From assembly GCF_036323395.1 (NCBI RefSeq), contig NZ_AP028907.1, forward strand, positions 1,740,001 to 1,772,000: a DNA stretch of 32,000 nt, written 5' to 3'. The notes below the pieces were generated by a model, which had not been told where the DNA came from, ran no database searches, and worked only from the letters and a program-made list of their open reading frames with translations. This document shows positions 17,485 to 25,538 of the stretch, piece after piece (within the stretch, counting starts at the first letter, position 1; every line of letters begins with the position of its first letter). The position numbers were made by a program, and so were the translations under genes. The DNA is from Pyrodictium abyssi (GTDB lineage: Archaea > Thermoproteota > Thermoprotei_A > Sulfolobales > Pyrodictiaceae).

Positions 17485-19095
17485 TTGCCACAGCGCTCCC
17501 CAGAGCACGAGAAACAGGACCCTTTTGAACTCCTGATCAAGTCCTACGCCCTCGTACCCTTATCCGGCGAGAGAGACTCCAGGGGGCAGCCCGGGCGCTG
17601 GAGCCAGGAGCTCAGCGAACTAATCATGAAGGTTACAGGAGCGCGTAGCAAGCAAAGCCTGTGGAACGAGATCGAGAAGCACCTGGAGAGAATAGACGCG
17701 GCTGTAGAGGCCAGGGCCCCGAGTATAGGGGATATGAGGCTCCTACACTGCAGCACGGTAGTACTGGCACTCCAGACGCTCGTCGCCTACCGGCCAGGGG
17801 TGAGGCTATGGGTAGGCCTAGCAGCCTACGCCGCCGCCCAGACCCTCCACCACGCGCTCCAAGCCCGAAGCCAGCAGCTGCCAGGGGTCAAAGAGCTAGC
17901 AGAAGCACTGAAAGCCGAAGTACTAAGGATCACCGGTAGACGCGTAGAGCCAAAGGCAGGCACCGGGGCACCCGCATCCTTCTACGAGGCGCTCGCAGAA
18001 GCCACGTGGAGGGTAGTACAGGCTGAGCAAGAGTTCGCCGACAGCCTCGGAGCAGCCCTCCTCACGCCAGCGCCCACCCGGGCCCGGGCACTCACCAGGA
18101 ACATAGACAGGGCGTACCGGGAGCTAGCCAGGCTAGTCGACGGCTATAGGCAGGGCCGCGGCGGGGACAGCATCAGCCCACACGCCAGGATAAAGTGCAG
18201 AGTTAGACTGGCGAGCCTCACGAGGTACGCCAACACATGCAGGAAGCTACACAGCCAGCTAGCAAGGCTAGTAGAAGCACTCAGCCACGAAGACACACTA
18301 GAAGCAGTAAACCTAGCCGACCAGCTCACATCCCAGGGCTACGGCCTCCTAGCCCCACAGCTCGGAAGGCTGCTCGAGACAATCCGCCACACCGAGGCAG
18401 CGGCCCTAGAATACGCGGTTACGGCAGCCCTCATAGCCCAGGGCTACAGGCCACTGCCACACCACCGGGGCAAAGGAGCCCAGAGGGAAGAGATAGACTT
18501 CCTAGGCTGCAAAGCCACGGAGACACACAAGTGCGCCGAAGCACTAGCCCTAGAGGCAAAGCTAACACTCAAACAGGGACATGACCCCTGCAAGATAGCA
18601 GCCGAAACCCTCCAGAAGCTACAAAACCACAGCGCCCTAGACCCGAAGCCAGAGAAGCTAAGACTAGTAGTCACATGGCTCGGAGCCCAGAAAGAACAAC
18701 CCAAAACACAGACGCTAACAGTGAGATGCACCAGCCCCACCCAGGACAACACCATAGAATGCAGCCAAGACGACGGCAAAAACCGGGAAGAACTACTAGA
18801 CGCCGTCACGGAGCTATGCAGGCAACACAGCCTCAAAGAAGTAACCATAGAGCTCGTGCACGCCTATAGCCTGGTAAGCAGCTACTGCAGCCAAGCAATG
18901 ATACTAAAACACAACGACTGCAACAAGTGGAAGAAAACAATACAGAAACAAGCCCCCAAGACAAAGCGCCGAAACACCCGCAAAACCCTCCAGGACCAGC
19001 AGGAGAGCCCCGCTAGCACACCCCCGGGGGCAGGCAGCAGAGAGGCCCCGCCAACAGCACAAAGGGACACCAGGCATCAGAAGAAGCAGCAATAG
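17485..19095 (+). CDS. Orphan 536-aa protein: helical N-terminal region, PD-(D/E)xK-like nuclease motif, Cys-rich segment, basic low-complexity tail
   Basis: A 1.6-kb open frame with an SD-like element. E309, D338 (EEIDFLG) and E357-A-K359 (ALALEAKL) are arranged as in Hjc/NucS/Mrr-type nucleases. No family recognised by eye. Confidence 0.65.
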   Translation: MPQRSPEHEKQDPFELLIKSYALVPLSGERDSRGQPGRWSQELSELIMKVTGARSKQSLWNEIEKHLERIDAAVEARAPSIGDMRLLHCSTVVLALQTLVAYRPGVRLWVGLAAYAAAQTLHHALQARSQQLPGVKELAEALKAEVLRITGRRVEPKAGTGAPASFYEALAEATWRVVQAEQEFADSLGAALLTPAPTRARALTRNIDRAYRELARLVDGYRQGRGGDSISPHARIKCRVRLASLTRYANTCRKLHSQLARLVEALSHEDTLEAVNLADQLTSQGYGLLAPQLGRLLETIRHTEAAALEYAVTAALIAQGYRPLPHHRGKGAQREEIDFLGCKATETHKCAEALALEAKLTLKQGHDPCKIAAETLQKLQNHSALDPKPEKLRLVVTWLGAQKEQPKTQTLTVRCTSPTQDNTIECSQDDGKNREELLDAVTELCRQHSLKEVTIELVHAYSLVSSYCSQAMILKHNDCNKWKKTIQKQAPKTKRRNTRKTLQDQQESPASTPPGAGSREAPPTAQRDTRHQKKQQ

Positions 19096-19442
19096 CGTTA
19101 CATGCCCCGGGTACAGTCCCGAGGATACGCTGCGTCTCCCCAGGCACCCCCTGCCTCAAACAGCACGATGCAGCACGCCAGTACCAGGTAAAGACCCCCC
19201 GGGCCAGCGGCCAAGGCTGTGGCTGCGCCTCACCCCCTCCAGCCTCCCCGGGGCTCCCCGGAGCCGGCAGCCCAGTACACCCCCGGCTCTAGAGGAGAGA
19301 AGGCCGCGTGCAGGCCCCCGGAAGCCCTCCGGGTACAGAAGAGGAGCAGGAGCCCACGGGGAAGAGGCCGGAGACGAGGACAGGTGCTCGGCGCCGAGTA
19401 GTGGGCGGAGAGAGCTCCGGGATAGAAGTGGCTCGGAGGGGG

Positions 19443-19447
19443 AAAAA
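19443..19447 (-). terminator. Oligo-T tract (CTCTTTTTCCCCC on minus strand) after the stalk gene
   Basis: T5 run about 40 nt downstream of the stop at 19488-19490. Confidence 0.45.
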
Positions 19448-19487
19448 GAGTCCGTGCATGGGGCTCTGCGGGCCTGGGCCCTGGGGC

Positions 19488-20891
19488 TTAGCTGGCTATC
19501 TTCCTGTAGACCAGTACGGCGGCGACCACGGCTATTATCATGCCTATGATGCCGGCTGCTACGCCTATCATCGCTAGCCTGGAGGCGCCGCCAGCCTTGT
19601 CAGCAGCGTTCTGCACCTGCGTCTGCAGCTGCGCCGCGGTAGCCTGGAAGCTGTCCACGCTGCTCTTCAGCTGGTTGATAGCGTCCTGTAGCTGGCCGAT
19701 GCTCTGCGTAGCCGCCTCCAGCGTGTTGACGCGCTTCTCCAGCGTGTCCACGCGCTCGCCCAGCTTGCCTAGGTCGGCCTGCAGCTTGGCCAGCTTGTCG
19801 CCCAGCTCGTTTATCTTAGCGGACATGTCGTTGAGCTTCGCGGCTAGCTGGTTGATAGCGGCCTGGTCGGCCTTGCCAGCCAGCTGGGCCTGTAGCCCGC
19901 TTATCTGGTCCTGGAGGTCGCTTAGCGCTGCCTGGAGGTCGCCGAGCTGGGCTGCGAGCTTCTCCAGCTCCGCCCGGGCGGCCTTGGTGTCCAGCTGGGA
20001 GGCCAGCGTCTTCACCTGCTCGGCTAGGCTGGCCACGAGGCTGTTCAGCTGGGCTATCTCCTGGTCCACGTACTCCTTGCTAGCAGCCGCCGCGAGCTTA
20101 GCGTCAACCATGCTGGCTATCTCCTGCCTAGCCTGCTCCAGCTGCTGCTGCACGTCCTGGCTGAGCGCAGCTAGCTGCGCCGCGACCTGCTCGGTCACAG
20201 TAGCGTTGAGCTGCTCCAGGGCCTGCTGTAGGCCGGCCACCTGGGCCTCTAGGCTCTTTATCAGGGACTCTAGGCTGGTTATCTTTATCGTGCCCACGTT
20301 GACGCGCTCAGCAGTGCCCACGGTTATGTCGGCTATCCTGGCGGTCGTGTAGCCGGGCTTCTCTACGCGTAGACGGTAGGTGCCAGCGCTCACCTGCACA
20401 GCGAAGCTGCCGCCGCTGCCAGTGGTAGCCTCCTTCACCACCGCGCCGGTGGCGGCGTCGCAGACGTACACTGTGGCGCCAGCCACTGGGTTGCCGTTCT
20501 CGTCAACCACTGTGCCGGTTATCTCGCCGCCGCTCTGCAGGGTGAACGACACGGTCTGCTGCTCGCCGGTGTTAGCGTTCTTGACCAGTATCTGGTAGGC
20601 GCCGCTCGGCCAGTCAGAGGGCAGCTTGATGCTCCAGGAGAAGCTGCCGTCAGCACCAGCGCTTATCTGGTCGAAGACCCTGGTCTCGCCGTTCGGGTCC
20701 ACGAGCTTTATCGTTATCAGGGCGTTAGCGTCCGCCTGGCCGCTCAGCACCAGCGTGTCGCCGGGGAAGTAGACAGCCTTATCCGTCGAAGCGCTCAGCG
20801 CGGCAAGCGCGACCATCGCCTGTGAGGCGGCGAGCAGCACTAGGGCCGCAGCTAGTAGGCCCGTTACCCTTCCTGCACTTATACCCGTCAT
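19488..20891 (-). CDS. S-layer stalk/anchor protein (SlaB-like architecture): signal peptide, two beta-sandwich domains, long coiled coil, C-terminal TM anchor
   Basis: 467-aa ORF with a hydrophobic N-terminal signal (GLLAAALVLLAASQAMVALAALSAS) and an Ig-like domain. A carboxypeptidase-regulatory-like domain follows (GEITGTVVDENGNPVAGATVYVCDAATGAVVKEATTGSGGSFAVQVSAGTYRLRVEKPGY). After it come about 240 residues of A/Q/L-rich heptads and a terminal TM helix MIGVAAGIIGMIIAVVAAVLVY plus RKIAS. Confidence 0.7.
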   Translation of the reverse strand: MTGISAGRVTGLLAAALVLLAASQAMVALAALSASTDKAVYFPGDTLVLSGQADANALITIKLVDPNGETRVFDQISAGADGSFSWSIKLPSDWPSGAYQILVKNANTGEQQTVSFTLQSGGEITGTVVDENGNPVAGATVYVCDAATGAVVKEATTGSGGSFAVQVSAGTYRLRVEKPGYTTARIADITVGTAERVNVGTIKITSLESLIKSLEAQVAGLQQALEQLNATVTEQVAAQLAALSQDVQQQLEQARQEIASMVDAKLAAAASKEYVDQEIAQLNSLVASLAEQVKTLASQLDTKAARAELEKLAAQLGDLQAALSDLQDQISGLQAQLAGKADQAAINQLAAKLNDMSAKINELGDKLAKLQADLGKLGERVDTLEKRVNTLEAATQSIGQLQDAINQLKSSVDSFQATAAQLQTQVQNAADKAGGASRLAMIGVAAGIIGMIIAVVAAVLVYRKIAS

Positions 20892-20945
20892 GGCCTATCC
20901 CACCTACTCACCATTTCCTCTACTCTCTACACCACACGCCCATAC

Positions 20946-20953
20946 TATATATA
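20946..20953 (-). promoter_or_regulatory. TATATATA box upstream of the stalk gene
   Basis: Lies 55-62 nt upstream of the ATG at 20891. GGTGAGTAGGTGGG (SD-like) sits between the box and the start codon. Confidence 0.45.
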
Positions 20954-21064
20954 GGGGTTTACCCCCAACACACAACTCTATACACATGCATCCGAAAACA
21001 ATCACACACTAAGCCAGAGGCTAAAAAGCAGAAACGCCCCGAGAAGCGCGGAGACACGGTTGTA

Positions 21065-21069
21065 AAAAG
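21065..21069 (-). terminator. Oligo-T tract (CCCTTTTTAC on minus strand) after the canopy gene; a second T5 lies at 21023-21027
   Basis: T5 runs 55 and 95 nt downstream of the stop at 21123-21125. A short AACCCTC/GAGGGTT inverted repeat directly follows the stop. Confidence 0.4.
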
Positions 21070-21122
21070 GGTGTGGGGCAACCCGCTCTAGCCCCCACGC
21101 GTCCTGGGAAACCCTCGGAGGG

Positions 21123-24100
21123 TTACTGGCCTACCTCGATTGACAGCTCTACAGTCTTCTCGGCTAGAGGCTCCATCGTTGTCAGGTCCTTCCACAGCAG
21201 CACCTTCACCGTGTAGGTGCCGGGCTCAGTCAGCACCGGCGTCATCGCAGGCACGTTCACTACGCTGCCAGCCTTCACCACGGACACGCCAGCGTTGAAG
21301 GCCACCGGCACACCGTCCTTGTACACCTGCACTATCACGTACACCTGCACGTCCTCAGCAGCAGTGTTCTCCACCGGTATCACTATCATGGCCTGCTTGC
21401 CAGGCTTCACCTTGCTTATGGTCTCGCCGGTCATCGGGTCCTTCACAGCCACCTTGGTTGTGTCGGGCATCAGCGGCCTACCAGCCACAGCAGCGCCGGT
21501 CACCTTGAAGCTGCCCTTCACCTCGACGTTCTCCTCGCCGTTGGCGCCCAGCTTGTCCACGTACTCTACGTAGACTGTGCTGCCGGCGGGCGCGTATATG
21601 GTGTTGGTCTTACCTATGTCGGCTGGGTTGTCGCTCAGCCTTATCAGGTTGCTGAACACACCAGTGTCTGGGCCGGTCTCTACTAGGGTTATGTTCTTCC
21701 TTATGTTGAGGGCGTCGCTGTACACTATTACCCATATGGTGTCTACGCTGTTGGAGTCCTTGTTGGCGTCGAAGTCCTTCACCTTTATCTCTACTACGCT
21801 GTTGGGCTGTGCCTGCTCTGGCACCTCTATGCTACCGGTCTCGGTGTAGACGTTGACTATCTTGCTTATCACCTTCTCCTGGCCGTTAGCGTCTACCAGG
21901 TCCTTGTAGACTATTACTACGCTGTCTACCGGGTTCACTAGTGTGTCGCTGAGCTGTAGCTCGAAGACGAATGTGCCGTTGTCGCTTGTGCCGGTCGCGC
22001 TGCCTGGGTAGACGTAGGCTATTGCCTTGGTTAGTGTGTCCTGTGCAGCCTTGCTGCTGGATGCTAGTAGCCTGGAGTCAGCTATGGATGTCTTGTTGAG
22101 CACGTAGCCAGCTGCTACACCCGCTAGGTCTGGGTCGTAGACTACTATCTTTATCTTGCCGTATGGGCTGACCTTCTCAGGTGTCACAGTCACCTCAGCA
22201 GTGTGGCTGGATACCTTGAAGCTGTCGCTGCTGCTTACTGTCACTATGGAGCCGCGTACGCTGCCCTTCGCTACTGGGTCGGTGTAGCCTATGGTTATCA
22301 GCTTGCCTATGCCCTCAGAGGCCTTGCCGGAGCCGTATATTAGCTCGAGCAGAGCCTTGGCAGGTATCTCTAGCTTGAACTTGCCGGACTCTACCTCCTT
22401 GAACTTGTAGCCAGCGTCGGTTATCTCCTTGACTGTTAGGCTGGTCTTGGTGCTGCCCTCAGCGCTTAGGCTGAAGGTTAGCCCGCTGGGTAGTGCATCG
22501 TTGCCAGCGCCAGGTATTGTGTCTAGGTCTGGCTCGTACAGCACTATCGTCACGTTGTCGGTCAGCTTGTCTACTATGGTGGGCTCTATTGCTAGTGTCG
22601 CGGACTCTGGGGACTTGACCTGCAGCTCTATTGTCACGTTCTTGTTCACGCTTGTGTCGTTGTACATTATCACTAGCTTGCCGTAAGGCATGTCGCTCCT
22701 AGTTAGTGTTATGTTCTTGCCCTCAATGGTTATGTTCACTGTGCCATCGCTGAAGTATGTTATGTTCAGCGTGCCCTCGAACACGCCAGTGTTTATGTCG
22801 GTCTCAGCTATGGTTACCTTCTGTGGTGTTGCACTGCTCTCGCCCTGCCTTAGGAAGTAGAAGAACAGCGTCACGGTGTCCGGCTTGGAAGCGTAAGTGT
22901 TCGCGTCGCTGTCGTCCACCTCCACCTTGTAGACCACGCTCACGTCTGCACCGTTGGCTGCCGCTATTGGTATGCTGTCAACCGGTATCTTGTTACCGTT
23001 AGCGTCTTCAGCATAGACCTTCACAGTGCCCTGGACAGCAGTTATCTCGATGGTGTTGTTATACCACTGATCATTCAGCGTGTCGTATACGTCTACCTCT
23101 ATCTTGTTGCCGTTAGCTAGGCCTAGCTGGTTCAGGTATAGCTGTATGTTGTAAGTGCCGGTGTTCACGTCGCTCTCGTAGAAGCTCCTCACTATGAATA
23201 CCTTCTCTAGGTCGGTGCTAGTTATCAGTGCGTCGTTCTTCTTTATGTACACCTTGGCTACTGTTAGACCATTGGTACCACCGTAGCGTATCTCGGCATA
23301 GTTCTGCCCACTAGGTATCTCTATGTATAGGAACTCCTTAGCCGCGGCATCTAGGTTGAGGTTGCCGGAGCTTAGTGTCATTGTTACTACCGCGTCCTTG
23401 CCAGCAGTGTTGGGCAGGCTCACCGATACTGGGTGGAACTTGACTGATGTTGCTGCAGACCTCTCTACCTGTGTACTGTCTACAGCATACTTGTCTGTGT
23501 ATGTTGACACTATCTTAGCGACGCTACCATTTACGTATATTATGCCGTTGGTTGTGTCTATGCTAGCAGCGCTGCTGGTCTTCGGTAGTAGTATCTTTAG
23601 GGTCTTACTGAACTGGCCAGCTGTGCTGCCAGAGTCTAGGGTTACTAGCTCGCTTGCAAGCTTGTTGTCATTCTTGTCGTAGAGTGTCACATTCACAGTC
23701 ACAGCTGCAGCGTCTATGTCCTCCACGCTTATTGTGAAGCTGTCACCAGGCTTTACTGTGGACGGTACAGTTATTGTACCGGTCTGTAGCCTTATGAATG
23801 CATCTACCTCTACGCTGCCCTCGCCAGCACCAGCGCCCTCAGTCATCCTCAGCACTACTGGAGCACCGCTTACAGCCACGTTGTCCTGTACTAGGAAGTC
23901 GTAGCTGGGCACCTCGTCCCTACCAGGCATGTACAGCTTAGCTACTAGCACGCCGCTATCCTCGCTCACGGAGTCTATGAACGCATACTGCTCTGGCGTG
24001 TAGGTCACGTTTATTGCGCCAAGCTCTGTCTTGTACTTCACAGCGTTCTCGAAGCCGTTAATGTTAGCAGCTACTTTGGCTGGAATGAATGTTACCTTCA

Positions 24101-25289
24101 CACTGTTAATGGTTACGTTTATCCAGCTGCTGCCCGTTAGAGTGCTGGTCCAGTTGAATACCTTGAACTCGTTAGTACTGTTTGTCAGCACTACGTATAC
24201 TGTACGGTTGTACCACGTACCAGCAGTACCATTTATAGCACTTATGCCTAGCTTCACGAATATTGTAGCGTTCTCTGGCACTTTAGTTGCATTGACGTAT
24301 AGCGCAGCCCACGTGGTAACGTTTATCAGCTGTACCGTTATGTTTATGTCATTTAGGCCATTGGCTAGGTCGCCGGCACCCGCCTCCATGGCTGCCGCCT
24401 TCATGGCAGCACTGCCATCAGCTGTCATGTTGAATATTGGTGTAACTTTAGTGCCAGCAGTCGATATTGTTACACCTACGCTACTGTTAGTGTAAGTTAG
24501 GCTGTCGGTCGCTGTTGGATCAGCTAACAGGGTTGGATCAGACATCTTGAATTCTACTGACTTCTCCGGAGCTATGTCTAGGTATCCGGTGGTCTGTAGC
24601 TCTGCAGCACTCGGACCTAGGTCTATTGTCACTGTTTGGCTGCCTAGGTCGCCTGCGTCTACTGTTACCTTTATGCTGTCTGCGCCGCTCACGTAGAGGG
24701 CGTTTACCAGTGGCCATGCCTTAGTTATGTTGCTCGTGTCGAAGAAGTTGTTGCTGCCACCTCCCACCTCGTATATATTTGTTATGTTTATTACCTTCTT
24801 GCCGTCTATTGCCAGTATTGGGCTTGTCCTCGATAGGCTGTCAGTCAGGTTGCTGGTTATGTAGAACGCTACCTTGCCTACCTTGTTCATGTCATAGTCG
24901 TAGTAGTTTGTGCCGTCAGTGGCGTTTATCTTGGTGCTGCTTGTGTTGGCATAGTCGAAGCCGAATACGCCATACTTGAATGTCTCGTTGAGCGCTATGA
25001 ATACGTGCCACTCGTTGCCGCCTACATAGCCCGCTATTAGTGTGTAGGGCTCGTTTGTGAGCGGGTTGCCGCTGGCGTCGTAGGGTGTTACGAGCACGGC
25101 TGGATACTTGTCGCTAGGCAGGTTCTTAATCTTCAAGAGTATGATGTTGTAGTTGAGCTTTGTCGCTGATACTTCTACTGCTATTGTCTCTGCTGCTGCC
25201 TTGGTTGCTGTTAGTGGGGCTATTATGGGGGCTAGTAGCAGGGCTAGGGTGATTATCGAGGCTATGCGCGTGTTCATGGCTTCTTGCAC
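21123..25289 (-). CDS. Large secreted, heavily N-glycosylatable surface protein; probable S-layer outer (SlaA-like) subunit
   Basis: 1388-aa ORF. The ATG at 25277, preceded by GAAAGGAAGGG, is the more likely start and gives a signal-like MNTRIASIITLALLLAPIIAPLTATKAAAE. There is no other TM segment and no C-terminal anchor. The sequence is T/V/N/S-rich and beta-type, with 30 N-x-S/T sequons by my manual count. It lies directly upstream of the coiled-coil anchor gene. No motif proves homology to SlaA. Confidence 0.7.
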   Translation of the reverse strand: MQEAMNTRIASIITLALLLAPIIAPLTATKAAAETIAVEVSATKLNYNIILLKIKNLPSDKYPAVLVTPYDASGNPLTNEPYTLIAGYVGGNEWHVFIALNETFKYGVFGFDYANTSSTKINATDGTNYYDYDMNKVGKVAFYITSNLTDSLSRTSPILAIDGKKVINITNIYEVGGGSNNFFDTSNITKAWPLVNALYVSGADSIKVTVDAGDLGSQTVTIDLGPSAAELQTTGYLDIAPEKSVEFKMSDPTLLADPTATDSLTYTNSSVGVTISTAGTKVTPIFNMTADGSAAMKAAAMEAGAGDLANGLNDINITVQLINVTTWAALYVNATKVPENATIFVKLGISAINGTAGTWYNRTVYVVLTNSTNEFKVFNWTSTLTGSSWINVTINSVKVTFIPAKVAANINGFENAVKYKTELGAINVTYTPEQYAFIDSVSEDSGVLVAKLYMPGRDEVPSYDFLVQDNVAVSGAPVVLRMTEGAGAGEGSVEVDAFIRLQTGTITVPSTVKPGDSFTISVEDIDAAAVTVNVTLYDKNDNKLASELVTLDSGSTAGQFSKTLKILLPKTSSAASIDTTNGIIYVNGSVAKIVSTYTDKYAVDSTQVERSAATSVKFHPVSVSLPNTAGKDAVVTMTLSSGNLNLDAAAKEFLYIEIPSGQNYAEIRYGGTNGLTVAKVYIKKNDALITSTDLEKVFIVRSFYESDVNTGTYNIQLYLNQLGLANGNKIEVDVYDTLNDQWYNNTIEITAVQGTVKVYAEDANGNKIPVDSIPIAAANGADVSVVYKVEVDDSDANTYASKPDTVTLFFYFLRQGESSATPQKVTIAETDINTGVFEGTLNITYFSDGTVNITIEGKNITLTRSDMPYGKLVIMYNDTSVNKNVTIELQVKSPESATLAIEPTIVDKLTDNVTIVLYEPDLDTIPGAGNDALPSGLTFSLSAEGSTKTSLTVKEITDAGYKFKEVESGKFKLEIPAKALLELIYGSGKASEGIGKLITIGYTDPVAKGSVRGSIVTVSSSDSFKVSSHTAEVTVTPEKVSPYGKIKIVVYDPDLAGVAAGYVLNKTSIADSRLLASSSKAAQDTLTKAIAYVYPGSATGTSDNGTFVFELQLSDTLVNPVDSVVIVYKDLVDANGQEKVISKIVNVYTETGSIEVPEQAQPNSVVEIKVKDFDANKDSNSVDTIWVIVYSDALNIRKNITLVETGPDTGVFSNLIRLSDNPADIGKTNTIYAPAGSTVYVEYVDKLGANGEENVEVKGSFKVTGAAVAGRPLMPDTTKVAVKDPMTGETISKVKPGKQAMIVIPVENTAAEDVQVYVIVQVYKDGVPVAFNAGVSVVKAGSVVNVPAMTPVLTEPGTYTVKVLLWKDLTTMEPLAEKTVELSIEVGQ

Positions 25290-25359
25290 CCTTCCTTTCT
25301 CGTGTGCACGTTACCTCTTCTTGGGCCGGTGTGTCTGGTTTGCCTCTCGGGGTTTTTGG

Positions 25360-25395
25360 GGTGTATGACAGCAGGTGTATACACTGGTATACACC
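25360..25395. repeat. GGTGTAT(A)C motif cluster: GGTGTATgAC (from 25360), GGTGTATAC (25374-25382) and its inverted copy GTATACACC (25387-25395)
   Basis: Read directly. A perfect 9-bp inverted repeat with a 4-nt spacer plus a third imperfect direct copy, about 85-120 nt upstream of the canopy gene start. Confidence 0.6.
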
Positions 25396-25538
25396 CGTGT
25401 GCTATGGAGCCCTAAGGCTTTTAGAGCGACCATGATCACGGTTGATGTCGTGCCTCTTCCGATACTGTCGCCTCCATGTACTATACAGAGTCGAATATCC
25501 AACACACCGGCAGAGCCGAGGGCCTAGACAGAGTTTAA

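Noticed and set aside
17661-18869. Alternative-frame + strand ORFs (92, 115, 64 aa) inside the 536-aa gene
   Set aside because: T depletion suppresses stop codons in all + frames. The products are Pro/Arg/Ser-rich and none has an SD-like element, unlike the main frame.
19540-20352. 270-aa + strand ORF (Ser/Ala/Cys/Leu-rich)
   Set aside because: It lies antisense to the A/Q/L-rich coiled-coil part of the stalk gene. The repetitive GCN/CAG/CTG codons keep the opposite strand open, and the product is low-complexity with no start context.
21217-24495. Several 60-154-aa + strand ORFs inside the canopy gene
   Set aside because: All are antisense to a single uninterrupted 1388-codon frame with a signal peptide. 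They are hydrophobic and low-complexity artefacts.
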